From the NCBI GenBank assembly GCA_963768425.1, contig CAVYHV010000017.1, forward strand, positions 160,001 through 224,000: 64,000 nucleotides of DNA. Direction: 5' to 3'. The position numbers and the translations under genes are program-made. The notes below the pieces were generated by a model. It had not been told where the DNA came from. It worked only from the letters and a program-made list of their open reading frames with translations, and did no database searches. Below, piece by piece: positions 40,682 to 50,742 of the stretch (its first letter is position 1; each line of letters opens with the position of its first letter). This stretch comes from Candidatus Bathyarchaeota archaeon. Lineage in GTDB: Archaea; Thermoproteota; Bathyarchaeia; Bathyarchaeales; Bathycorpusculaceae.

Positions 40682-41633
40682 GCAAAAAAGTGTTAAAATC
40701 TTAAGAGCACATGGCGGCGTAAGCGACATTTTGAAACAAGCCGTCGCAGACTCGGGATTGCGCGGAAAACGCAAAATTTACGTGAAACCCAACATGAGCC
40801 ATCCTGAGTACGTTCCGGGTGTGGTAACTTGCCCCCAGATGCTGGGTGAACTGGTGGGTTTGCTGCGAGACGGCAACAGCGAAGTCGTGGTTGGAGAATC
40901 AAATGGGTTCAATTACCCCTGCAACTCCGCTTTTGAAAAAACAGGAATAGAAGCGGCAGTGAAGCAAGCAGGCGGCAGCGTCATTAACCTGTCAGAAGAT
41001 AAAGTCGTAAAAGTAAAATTTTCTGATGGCAACACCTCGGTCAAGGAGCTGTTTTTGCCAAAAACCATCTTGGAAGCAGACGCCGTGGTCGATTTGCCGT
41101 TGATGAAGACACATGAAATCGCGATGTACAGCGGCGCAATAAAAAACCTGTTCGGCTGCATCCCCAGCAACAGGCGGATATACCTTCACCCTTACCTCCC
41201 AGAAGTCTTCCACCGGCTTTACACTGTTTTGAAACCTCAGCTGACCATAATGGACGCGAGAATCGGGATCGAGGGCAACGGACCCACAAAAGGAAAACCC
41301 GTCAAAATGGACCTGATGCTGATTAGCAATGACGCCTTAGCCATCGACATCACAGCCGCGAAAATAATGCAGCTAAATTGGGAAGAAACCTACCTGGGTT
41401 TCATCGCCAAAAAGACGGGCTTGAAAGAAAACGCGGTAAGTGTGCAGGGGTTGCAAATTAAGGAGGTCTCCCGCAAATTTGAACAGCCCAGAATCGATTT
41501 GCCAGTTAAAGCCCAAATGGAAATTTATCAACACGAATACTTGACGAAGCTGCTGTTCTGCTCGTTGGATGTGGTTAAGCTTTTCCAGAAAGTTACAATG
41601 GCTTGGAGACGCGAACCAGTTCAAATCGCTTAG
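40656..41633 (+). CDS. DUF362 domain protein
   Basis: VKPN, VGES, LPLMKTH, GAIKNLFG, EGNGP, DALAID. Confidence 0.85.
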   Translation: MRRLPKTPEQKSVKILRAHGGVSDILKQAVADSGLRGKRKIYVKPNMSHPEYVPGVVTCPQMLGELVGLLRDGNSEVVVGESNGFNYPCNSAFEKTGIEAAVKQAGGSVINLSEDKVVKVKFSDGNTSVKELFLPKTILEADAVVDLPLMKTHEIAMYSGAIKNLFGCIPSNRRIYLHPYLPEVFHRLYTVLKPQLTIMDARIGIEGNGPTKGKPVKMDLMLISNDALAIDITAAKIMQLNWEETYLGFIAKKTGLKENAVSVQGLQIKEVSRKFEQPRIDLPVKAQMEIYQHEYLTKLLFCSLDVVKLFQKVTMAWRREPVQIA

Positions 41634-42829
41634 CGTAGCGCTTCATCATATACTTTGATTGCGTCTTTAACTACTATACGCCAATCAAACCTTTCTAAAA
41701 TCGTTTTTCGTGCAACCATACCCATTTCCTGAGCATCAACTGGATGCTCAAGCAGGTACAAGATCTTGTCAGCGAATTGTTCAGGGTGAAATGGCTCAAC
41801 CATAAAACCGTCTTTGCCATTGTCGATGGTTTCAGGGATTCCACCAACTCTTGTTGTTACGACTGGCAACCCTGTTGAGAGCGCTTCCAGAACAGCGAAG
41901 GGATGGTGCTCGTAGAAAGTGCTGAAGGCGAAGACGTCGGCGGCCTGATAGAGCTTGGGCAGTTCTTTGTCGGGTGTGTAGCCTGTAAAGACGATGCTGT
42001 CTTTGACGCCTAGGCGCTGGGCATGGGCGATGAGTTTGGACATTTCGTCGCTTTGCCCCTTGCCTGAAACGATGAACTTCGCCCTTGGAAACCGCTTCAC
42101 TACGGCTGGCACGCTTTCTATCAGCGTGAACAAGCCCTTGCGGGCATAGAGCCTGCCCACGGACACGATTGCTGGGTCGTCCGGGCTGAAGCCGAGTTCC
42201 CGTTTGATTCTGCGTTTGTCGACGACTGGCTGGAATTTGCTTGTGTCGACGCCGTTGTGGATGACCCTGATTTTCCCCGCGGGGATCTTGTAGTAATTTG
42301 TCAACTCGCGCTTTGTGAAGTGGCTGACCGCTATTATTCTGCGCGCCCGACGCAGCATGCCCTCCTCAAAATACCTCAAAAACCAGTTAAAGCTCACGAG
42401 GAATTTTTCGTTGGCGTTGAGGCGGCTGTAAGGTTCGCTGCTGATGGCTTCAGCCTCGCCCTTCCAAGTGGAGTGAACGGTGCATACAAGGGTTTTGCCG
42501 AAGCGGGGTGGAACCGCAAAGTTGGGCGTCAGTGGCAACTGGGGATGAGTAATGTCGATGGCTGCGGCGTCGCGGACGCTTTGGAGTTTGCGGTAGCTTG
42601 CGCCCGCAAGCATAAACGACTTAATTATCGGCATCTTTGGAATTTTGAGGAAGGACACGTCCAGTTGAGAGTTGACTTTGACGTCTTGGGCTTGGTTGCC
42701 TCCGGTGACCACGTAAATTTTGTAGCCGTTCCTGAGCAGTTCGCAGGACAGGTAGTACACGTAGGATCCTGTGCCTCCCGTGAGGGGCCAGTACTCGGGC
42801 GAGATGAAGCAGACCTTGGGCGGCATCAC
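41630..42829 (-). CDS. GT4 family glycosyltransferase
   Basis: PEYWP..GG, HNGVD, VGRL..RKG, E...AVLEALSTGLPVV. Confidence 0.9.
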   Translation of the reverse strand: MMPPKVCFISPEYWPLTGGTGSYVYYLSCELLRNGYKIYVVTGGNQAQDVKVNSQLDVSFLKIPKMPIIKSFMLAGASYRKLQSVRDAAAIDITHPQLPLTPNFAVPPRFGKTLVCTVHSTWKGEAEAISSEPYSRLNANEKFLVSFNWFLRYFEEGMLRRARRIIAVSHFTKRELTNYYKIPAGKIRVIHNGVDTSKFQPVVDKRRIKRELGFSPDDPAIVSVGRLYARKGLFTLIESVPAVVKRFPRAKFIVSGKGQSDEMSKLIAHAQRLGVKDSIVFTGYTPDKELPKLYQAADVFAFSTFYEHHPFAVLEALSTGLPVVTTRVGGIPETIDNGKDGFMVEPFHPEQFADKILYLLEHPVDAQEMGMVARKTILERFDWRIVVKDAIKVYDEALR

Positions 42830-43821
42830 CTGCGCCTCCTATTCAGGTACCTTAGAGTAGTTGCCGTTGCGCCGACAAACCAAGCCGCCGCCCGCACGTA
42901 GTAAAGCACAACCAGACGAAAAGCGGAGCTGTCATGGAATTTCGCCGCGGTATTGGCGGCGCTGTAGACGAAGTAGAGAAGCATGAAAGCCAAAATCAAG
43001 CCTGAGCCGACCCAAAATAGCCTGACTGCGGGGATGATTCCGACAAAGAAAAAGATGATGGCTGCCAAAAGCAGAATCGGTTGGATGTTCATTCCAAGAT
43101 CGGTGATTTCGTCGCCCCGCGCCAAGCCGCCGTGTTTGAAGTAAAGCTTAAGCGTGTTTTTGCCGTATTCCCGCTGCTGCCGATAATAAGCCTTCAACGT
43201 CGGCCTGTTGTAATGGTAGCAGACGGCTGTGGGCTCGTAGGCGATCTTGTAGCCTTTGGCGCTAACGCGGAACCCCAAATCCGTGTCGTACTGGCTCGGC
43301 AGATTCTCGTCCCATCCGCCCGCCTCCTCGATGACTGCTTTTTTGAGGAGCAGGTTCATTGTTGCGATGCGTCCCGTGTACTTGCCGATGCGGCTGTAGC
43401 GGCTTTTGATTTCGTAGCCGATGCTTCTTGCCCACGGGTTCTCGGGGTTCCATGTTTCGATGCTTCCGCTGACCCCTACTACCTGCGGCTCGTTCAAGCG
43501 TGGAACCAGTTTTCGAAGCCATCGCGGCTCGACTTTTGCGTCGGAGTCGATGAAGCCCAAAATTTCATGCGACGTGACGTTTTTCATCGCATAGTTGTAG
43601 GCTGCGGGGCAATTCAATCGAATAGAGATGACTTTGACTGGAAACTGCTGTGCCTTCTTAACAGTGGCGTCTTTTGATTCGCCGTCCATAACTATGAGTT
43701 CCACGTAGCCCTCGGGGTAATCAAGCGCCAAAATCGATCGGAGACATTCCTCTATGGTCTGCTCGTTGTTGTAGGAGGCAACAATGATTGAAACCTTGGG
43801 CAAAGTTGCATCGTCGGCCAC
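42826..43821 (-). CDS. GT2 family glycosyltransferase with C-terminal TM helices
   Basis: VSIIVASYN, DGESKD, FIDSD, GGWDE, YDTDL, QQREY. Confidence 0.9.
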   Translation of the reverse strand: MADDATLPKVSIIVASYNNEQTIEECLRSILALDYPEGYVELIVMDGESKDATVKKAQQFPVKVISIRLNCPAAYNYAMKNVTSHEILGFIDSDAKVEPRWLRKLVPRLNEPQVVGVSGSIETWNPENPWARSIGYEIKSRYSRIGKYTGRIATMNLLLKKAVIEEAGGWDENLPSQYDTDLGFRVSAKGYKIAYEPTAVCYHYNRPTLKAYYRQQREYGKNTLKLYFKHGGLARGDEITDLGMNIQPILLLAAIIFFFVGIIPAVRLFWVGSGLILAFMLLYFVYSAANTAAKFHDSSAFRLVVLYYVRAAAWFVGATATTLRYLNRRRR

Positions 43822-43823
43822 GG

Positions 43824-44540
43824 CTACCTCTCCACGCTTGCCAATATAATCCAGAACAGAATTTTGGAGCCATCAAGCAGCGGATCAACCCCTGACCTGC
43901 CATAGGTGCGCTGCTCAAAACTGATTGGGACCTCAGCAATGCGGAATTTGCGTCGGGCGGTTTTCACGAGCATTTCAGATTCTATCTCGTACTCGCCTGA
44001 GTAGAGTTTTTGGCTTTGCAGAACCTCCCGCTTCATGGCTCGGTAGCCTGACTGGCTGTCAGTGATGGCGACGCCGGTGAACAGCTCGATAAAGTAGTTG
44101 AACATGCGTACGCCGAAAGCGTTTAGTCTACGGGTGGCGACGCGCTTATGATTCATGTATCGGCTGCCGATGACGAGGTCTGCTTCGTCGCAGAGGATCG
44201 GTGCTAAAACTTCCGATAGTTCTTCGGGCATGTGGCTGCCGTCGGAGTCAATGGTGACGATGACGTCGCCTTGCGCCTTGGCGAAGCCAGCCCGCAACGC
44301 ATAGCCTTTGCCAAGATGCTGATTAAGCGAGTAAAGTTTGACGCCGCGTTTTTCCGCCACGAGAAGCGATTTATCGTAGGAGTGGTCGTCTACAACGATG
44401 ATTTCCGTCGGCAAACCTGTCCGTTCTACGGCTGCCTTCACGCGGTCAATGATGTTGCCTACTGTTAATTCCTCATTGTACATGGGAATTATGATGGAAA
44501 GCAGCATTTCCCCCCGGCTCATCTGATTCTTAGATGCCAA
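43824..44540 (-). CDS. GT2 DPM1-like glycosyltransferase; start probably near 44507
   Basis: IIPMYNEE, VDDHS.D, GKG.A, DSDGSH, GSRY, DSQSGYRA. Confidence 0.9.
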   Translation of the reverse strand: MASKNQMSRGEMLLSIIIPMYNEELTVGNIIDRVKAAVERTGLPTEIIVVDDHSYDKSLLVAEKRGVKLYSLNQHLGKGYALRAGFAKAQGDVIVTIDSDGSHMPEELSEVLAPILCDEADLVIGSRYMNHKRVATRRLNAFGVRMFNYFIELFTGVAITDSQSGYRAMKREVLQSQKLYSGEYEIESEMLVKTARRKFRIAEVPISFEQRTYGRSGVDPLLDGSKILFWIILASVER

Positions 44541-44604
44541 TGGAAGACCTTATAAAGTTTGGGTGCTCCAACCTTGTAAGCAGCCAAACGGAAAGTAACT
44601 CAAA

Positions 44605-45159
44605 ATGGAAACCGCATTGCAAAGCAAAGTTGACGGTGACAGGAAAGTTTGGTTTTCCATGTGGTTTTTGTCGGCAATCGTGACTTTCGGAGTGGCTTTT
44701 TTCCCGATGTTCTACCGTGTGGTTGAGGGCAGGAACAGGCATTTCAGCCGTGAAGCAGACTTGGAAGAGCAGGTTACTGGTTACCTGAAAAGCAAGGGGC
44801 GGCAGGCTCCTGCTGCAAGTGCGGTTTTCCCTGAAAGAAATGAGAAGGCTTGGGCTGCCAGTATCATACTGATTATCCCAGCTTTCATCATCACTTACCT
44901 GTTGTCAAAGGATTTGGTGGCGCATGAACGGAGCCAAGATGCTTTTTTAGCTTCTGCTTTTCCAGAGCGGGTTTTTATGCCACAGACGATACCGATAAAA
45001 ACTTATGTTTTAATAACGATTGTTACGCTCGGCGTGGGTGGAATTTACTGGCTGTACAAGGTTGTTAACTTGTATAACGCTCACTTTAAGGCTCATGTTC
45101 AGTTTGAAAAGGAAATCGCTCGGTTGATGGAGGAAGGGAAAGTTGCAGGGTCAATGTAG
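44605..45159 (+). CDS. Membrane protein, DUF4234-like
   Basis: Internal duplication LSAIVTFGV / LITIVTLGV..IYW.YK...N.H. Confidence 0.55.
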   Translation: METALQSKVDGDRKVWFSMWFLSAIVTFGVAFFPMFYRVVEGRNRHFSREADLEEQVTGYLKSKGRQAPAASAVFPERNEKAWAASIILIIPAFIITYLLSKDLVAHERSQDAFLASAFPERVFMPQTIPIKTYVLITIVTLGVGGIYWLYKVVNLYNAHFKAHVQFEKEIARLMEEGKVAGSM

Positions 45160-46264
45160 GGAACGCAGATTTGTTAGTCACGGAGGAGACATCTGGGGCT
45201 TTAGCCGAAAATACAAGGTGCCACTAGAGGAAGTGCTGGAGTTCAGCGGGCCAATCAATTTCCTCGGACCCTCACCTAAAGCTGTTGAAGCCGTGAAGCA
45301 ACAGGCGAAACTGATAAAGTTCTATCCTGACCCAAACCCAGTTGAATTCAAAGCGGCAATCGCCAAGTACGTCGGACACGGCGTCGATGAAGAAAACGTC
45401 GTTTTAGGAGACGGCTCAATCGAGCTCATCTACGCCATCACTGAAATTCTGCCCCGAGGATTCAAGGCGCTGATTCCGATTCCATCTTTCAGCGAATACG
45501 AGAAGGCAGCGCTGCGGGTAGGAAGCGACGTCACGTTCCAACAGTTGCCAGACGGATTCGCCATGGACAACGAAAAAATAAAGCAAGCAATCACCCCCGA
45601 AACAAAAATCCTCTCCATCTGCAACCCACACAGCCCCTCAGGAAGACTGTACAGTAAAGAGGAAGTTCTTGAACTGGTTGATTTCTGCCACAGAAAAGAT
45701 GTCATCTTCAGCGTCGACGAAAACTACATTGAATTTGCTGACAAAGGCGATGAAACCACTTTGGCGGGCATGGTGAAAGAATACGAGAACTTGTTTGTGA
45801 TTAGGTCGGTCACGAAGTTTTACGGCATGGCTGGCATACGCTTGGGCTACGGGTTAGCCTCGCCGAACATGGTTGGGAAACTGGAGAACGTCAGGTTGCC
45901 TTGGAGCATCAACAGCCTCGCAAGCTGTGCGACGCTGGCGGCTTTTGGCGACACGGAATTCATCGAGAACACTAAGAGAACTATTGCAAAGGAAAGAGAG
46001 GCACTTGCCAAGAGTCTAGGCGAAATCGAAAGCTTACACGTTTATCCGTCAGTGACAAACTTCTTCCTAGTGAAAATCCAGGATCGAAAAACCACTTCCA
46101 CCAAACTCAAAGAAGCGCTGGCTAAGGAACGCATGCTTATCCGAGACTGCTGCACTTTTGCCGGCATGGACGACAGCTACTTTAGAATCACGGTACGTTC
46201 ATCTAAAGACAACCAAAAACTCGTACAAGCAATAAAACAAGTATTTGAAAGCAGCAAAAACTAG
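45143..46264 (+). CDS. cobD: L-threonine-O-3-phosphate decarboxylase CobD (class I/II PLP enzyme)
   Basis: N-terminal HGG, FSGPIN.LG, YPDP, CNPHSPSG, DENY, RSVTKFYG.AG.RLGY; cob context. Confidence 0.82.
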   Translation: MQGQCRERRFVSHGGDIWGFSRKYKVPLEEVLEFSGPINFLGPSPKAVEAVKQQAKLIKFYPDPNPVEFKAAIAKYVGHGVDEENVVLGDGSIELIYAITEILPRGFKALIPIPSFSEYEKAALRVGSDVTFQQLPDGFAMDNEKIKQAITPETKILSICNPHSPSGRLYSKEEVLELVDFCHRKDVIFSVDENYIEFADKGDETTLAGMVKEYENLFVIRSVTKFYGMAGIRLGYGLASPNMVGKLENVRLPWSINSLASCATLAAFGDTEFIENTKRTIAKEREALAKSLGEIESLHVYPSVTNFFLVKIQDRKTTSTKLKEALAKERMLIRDCCTFAGMDDSYFRITVRSSKDNQKLVQAIKQVFESSKN

Positions 46265-46574
46265 GTTGAGCAAGCGGTCACAAATTCAATTCCATAAACT
46301 TGTTTTGGTTTATGAGACAACTGTACCTTGATTTGCAGTTAAGGTTTTTTCAAAAATTGTCCTGCTTTGCCTTCAAAGCTGATGAAATATCGTCTACGAC
46401 GCTATTCAAGAATTATGAACACACCCCCGCCACAAGAAGACCCAGGAACATGCTAAAATCCATCAAAGGCAAAAATCGAAGGTCACTGAATCGGTTTCCA
46501 AAAAACACTTATTAGGTCACTGATGTTTATCCATCAGCCAATTAATCCCGAATATACAATGGTGTTGATTTGGT

Positions 46575-47306
46575 ATGAAGGTTATCGTTCATTGGAGCGG
46601 CGGGAAAGATTGCTGCACGGCTCTTCACAAGGTTGTAGAACAGGGACATGAAGTAGCTTGCCTAGTCACCTACATTTACATGGAACCCTACGTTTTCCAC
46701 AGCTTCAAAGTCATCGAACAACAAGTCAAAGCCCTCGGCATGCCCCATCAATTTGTCAAAATCACTGATAACCGCTACGATGACATCATGGGAACTCTGG
46801 AACGGCTACATAAAGAAGAAGGCGCCAAAGCCATAGTAACAGGCGATATCGACAATGTGCATCATCGCCGCGTTTGGAAGGATGCTTGCAGGAAACTGGG
46901 TGTTGAGCTGATTATGCCTCTTTGGGACCGCCCCTTCAACCTCATTCCGGGGAATCGCCGCCGCAAGCGAATCATGGAAATGGAACAAACAACTGGAGTA
47001 AAAGCGATCCTCAGCTGTGTCGATCAAAGGTATTTCACGGAAGATTGGTTAGGAAGGCAAATTGATAGGAAGTGCATCGAAGACATGCAGCCCTTGGTGG
47101 GTCCAGCAGGCAAAGGAATAGATGTTTCAGGTGAACCGGGAGAATACCATTCCACATCTCTTGATGCGCCATTGTTCAAGCAAAAGGTAGAAATAAACAA
47201 GTTCACTAAGAGAAGCAAAGTCGTCGATTTCGGAGGTTCCCCCTTCCGCGAAGGAAACTTCCTCTACATGGACATCGAAGAAGCCGAACTCAAATCCAAA
47301 GAATAG
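46575..47306 (+). CDS. DUF71/Dph6-like ligase (copy 2)
   Basis: HWSGGKDC, TGDI, MPLW, WLGR, DVSGEPGEYHS..LDAPLF. Confidence 0.82.
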   Translation: MKVIVHWSGGKDCCTALHKVVEQGHEVACLVTYIYMEPYVFHSFKVIEQQVKALGMPHQFVKITDNRYDDIMGTLERLHKEEGAKAIVTGDIDNVHHRRVWKDACRKLGVELIMPLWDRPFNLIPGNRRRKRIMEMEQTTGVKAILSCVDQRYFTEDWLGRQIDRKCIEDMQPLVGPAGKGIDVSGEPGEYHSTSLDAPLFKQKVEINKFTKRSKVVDFGGSPFREGNFLYMDIEEAELKSKE

Positions 47307-47392
47307 CAGAATTTTTTAAAAGCTGCATTTTTTAGCCGTTTTATGGCAATGTTGATTAAGTAAACCTACGCCTAAAATAGCAAAGGCTGGAG

Positions 47393-47695
47393 TTGAAGCG
47401 GATGGTTGAAAAAGAAGTTGTCGGTAACCTCCATGTTATTTGGCTCTGCGGTGGAACAACTGCGGACATAACTCCAGTGCAACCTTTGAAGTTCAACATG
47501 AACGATGCATGTGACAGAATCAAAAAAAGTTGCAAAGTCCGCGTGAAGTCGCCGATGGTTTTAATGTTCGACTATGCGAAGCTGGATGTGAGTCTCTTTG
47601 ACGGGGGGCGGATGCTGATTAAGGGCGTGCATGACAAAGAAACGCCGCTTAAAGCCTATCGTGACATCTTAAAAGCAATAAACCTGATCATTTAG
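47393..47695 (+). CDS. Small protein resembling the C-terminal domain of long ThiF/MoeB adenylyltransferases
   Basis: LCGG.TADI.P...SLFDGGRMLIKGV.D matches the recalled LCGR.TVQI...LFKDGR.LIHG pattern. Confidence 0.5.
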   Translation: MKRMVEKEVVGNLHVIWLCGGTTADITPVQPLKFNMNDACDRIKKSCKVRVKSPMVLMFDYAKLDVSLFDGGRMLIKGVHDKETPLKAYRDILKAINLII

Positions 47696-47761
47696 AGACA
47701 GCATTCCAGGAAGCAAGATTTTTTCCTTATCTGAAAATGAAAGAAAAAAATAGTTGCGCAC

Positions 47762-49194
47762 TTAGAAGTGGCTTTTTGATGGTGGCTTGGGCGGCACTCG
47801 GTTGGGTTGAAGTGCTATTCTGAGGTCTATAATCCTGTAAGTAACGGCTGCTTTCATTGCGGCTAAACCGTAGATGACCCCCTTTTTGAACATGGCCCTT
47901 ATGTAGCTTGGTCGTTCGTAGAAGCTCGACCACGCTTTTGCACGGAGCTTGCGGAGTTCCTGGATTGACATCGTTGGTGTTTCGAAGGTTGGTGTGGCGG
48001 TGTCGTAGTGGTCAAAGTTTGTGTCTTTTAGCCAACCCTTCTCTTTAACCAAGTAGTAGAGGGGTGTGCCGGGGTAGGGTGTGGCTATTGTGTAGGAAGC
48101 CATGTAAGTGGGTGCAATCTTCTGGCAGAGCTTTATGGTGGCCCACGCGGATTCTTTGGTTTCGCCTGGGAAGCCGAGGACAACGTTGGGGTCGGGTTTC
48201 ATCCCTGCCTCCACAGTCCACTGGAAGGCTTTGACTGTTTGCTCCAAAGTGATGCCTTTTCGCATTTCGTTGAGAACGTTTTGTGCGCCGGATTCGACAC
48301 CGTACCACATGGATTTGCAACCTGCCTGAGCCATTTTCTGCAGCAGTTCTTTGGTTACCATGTCAACTCGGGTTCCAGCCACCCAGTTAACGTTGAGGTT
48401 TCGCTTGATAATTTCGTCGCATAAATCAGCGGTGAATTTTTGGTCTACTGTGAAGGCTGCGTCGACAAAGGAGAACCATGTTGCGCCAAAGGTTTTCTTG
48501 CATTCTTCAAGTTCGTCGCAAACATTTTGGACGCTGCGCTTGCGGAATTTTTGCCCATGCATTCGGACTTCTATGCAGAAGTCGCACCAATACGAGCATC
48601 CGCGGCTTGCGATGATGTCGAACATTATCTTGCCGTACTTTGACGTGGCTTCTAGAGGCCACAGGTGGCGAGCTGGAAAGGGAAGTTATCAAGGTTCTCT
48701 ATGTAAGCTCTCTTGGGGTTCTTCACGATCTTACCGTCTTTTTGAGTCGTTGTCCCGATCACATCGTGCCAATCTTTGCCCTCTTCTACGCGTTGAGCAA
48801 GTTCGAGCATCGTGTATTCGCCTTCGTTTCTAATGACGGCGTCAAGAGTCGGGAGGTCTTTGAAGGCTTGTTCGTCCTCAAAGGTAACGTGGTGTCCACC
48901 GATAATGGTTATGCAGTTGGGAAGCGCTTCTTTGGTAACCTTGAGGATTTGCAGCGCAGACTTGTACGTTAGGGTGTTGCATGTTACTCCGACAATGTCT
49001 GGTTTGCGTTTGCCGATTTCTTCCCTGAAACTTTCATAATTTAAATTGTAGGTTAAGCAGTCAACAACATCAATAACGAATTTGTTCTGCTCCAAAACAG
49101 CGGCAACATAGCCTAAACCCAGCGGCGGGAAGGGAGGATGCGGAAAAGATTGACCAGGGTACGGCGGGTTCACAAGAGTAATGTGAGTTTTCAT
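47762..49194 (-). CDS. Cobalamin-binding (class B) radical SAM enzyme 1, frameshifted near 48650
   Basis: LVNPP...PPLGLGY, GGHH, EGE, SRGCSYWCDFC, GVESG, GFPGET, PYPGT. Confidence 0.9.
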
Positions 49195-49349
49195 TTTTCT
49201 CCCCGAAATCGGTAATATTTTAGTTAAATTAAGTCTCGATGTTAATATAGTTGTCTAGTTTCCCAGAAAAGTCCTCATATTTGCCTGCAAAAGCTAAAAA
49301 CGAAGAGTCAACGCTCAACATTAAACTAAAAGCGAAGAGACCGAACTGG

Positions 49350-50717
49350 TTAACGACGGAAAACCATTGACGCGCTCTTCTTAACTGCGCTACTTAAGCC
49401 GTCCTGCTTTACCACACGCATAAACTTGGAAGTGGCTGATTTCTGGCAACTACGCTGAAACTCTCTTTGAATCTTCTCCAGCATATCATGGTCGAATTCT
49501 TTGGTTTTGACTCTCGCCAAATAGTCATACATTTGGTCGTAGAGACCTTTGCTTATCACTTCATCGTACAGTTGGCTGCCGGGGCAAGCTATGTAAATGT
49601 TGAATTGGCACCAATCCGCCTTCAGCTTTTTGGAAAAGTTGAAGGTTTCGTTCATGTCATCCACCGTTTCGCCTGGAATCCCCAGCATGAAAGAAGTGAC
49701 TGTCTGTATACCCGCTTGCCTGCAAAGCTCAAAGGCTTTTACAACATCCTTCAAATCAATGCCTTTGTTGAGTTTCTGCTGGATTCTGGGTGAGCCTGAC
49801 TCGACACCGAAGAACATTGTTTGGCAGCCTGCGGATTTCATTTCGGATAGTAGTTCTTTGTTAATAAGGTCGGCTCGAGTTTCGCAGGTCCATTTCAAAT
49901 CGACTTTGTTGCTTTTGATTAGGCGGCACAGTTCGCTTGTACGTCTTTTGTTTATGGTGAAGTTGTCGCCGACGAAGTAAATGCCTTTTGTGCCGTAGAT
50001 TTCGGTCATGTGCTTTATCTCGTCTATGACGCGTTGAGGCGAGAAAGCTCGGCACGCTGAACCCCAAAGCTCTCTGGTTTCGCAGTATGCGCATCTGTAG
50101 GGGCAACCCCTGTGCACACTCATCGTGTCAACGGGTTTCACAGTTAGGTAGCTGAGTTCACGGTGGTACATGCGCATCGGCAGCAAATGGCGGGCGGGAA
50201 AGGGAACTTCATCGAGGTTGTTGATAAATTGGGGCGGGGTTTTGATAGTTTCGCCGTTGATTTTGCATGAAACCCCGGGAATCTGCGCTGCCGCTTGGGA
50301 GGTTTCGCCTTTTGCGAGACAGGAAGCCAGAGAAGCCATTGCCCGTTCGCCTTCGCCGACGACTACATAGTCTATCTCGGGGTGCTCAAGCAAGGTTTGA
50401 GGCATGTAGGAGGCATGTGGGCCGCCGACTACGACCTGTGAGTATGGGGAGACTTCTTTGACTGCTTTTGCCAGCTCGATACAGCGTCCGTATGAGAGGG
50501 AGTTGCAGGTTATGCCGACAATTTGCGGCGACCTCTTCTTTATTTCTGATTTGACTTCTTCGATGGGTCTTTCAAGCAGGTAATTGTCGTAGATTTCAAC
50601 TTGGAAGCCGTCTTTCTCCAATACCGCAGCCACGTAAGCCAAGCCTAAAGGCGGAAGTCTGCCCGCCATGCCCCAAGGCGACTTTTCAGGCGCAGCCGCA
50701 GTCATAAGCAAAATCAA
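49350..50717 (-). CDS. Cobalamin-binding radical SAM enzyme 2
   Basis: PPLGLAY, GGPH, GEGE, RGCPYRCAYC, GVESG, GIPGET. Confidence 0.92.
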   Translation of the reverse strand: MILLMTAAAPEKSPWGMAGRLPPLGLAYVAAVLEKDGFQVEIYDNYLLERPIEEVKSEIKKRSPQIVGITCNSLSYGRCIELAKAVKEVSPYSQVVVGGPHASYMPQTLLEHPEIDYVVVGEGERAMASLASCLAKGETSQAAAQIPGVSCKINGETIKTPPQFINNLDEVPFPARHLLPMRMYHRELSYLTVKPVDTMSVHRGCPYRCAYCETRELWGSACRAFSPQRVIDEIKHMTEIYGTKGIYFVGDNFTINKRRTSELCRLIKSNKVDLKWTCETRADLINKELLSEMKSAGCQTMFFGVESGSPRIQQKLNKGIDLKDVVKAFELCRQAGIQTVTSFMLGIPGETVDDMNETFNFSKKLKADWCQFNIYIACPGSQLYDEVISKGLYDQMYDYLARVKTKEFDHDMLEKIQREFQRSCQKSATSKFMRVVKQDGLSSAVKKSASMVFRR

Positions 50718-50742
50718 ATGAGTTTTTTCTCCCGTAAGTTTC

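Noticed and set aside
45143-46264. hisC assignment
   Set aside because: The N-terminal HGG motif and the cob gene context favour CobD.
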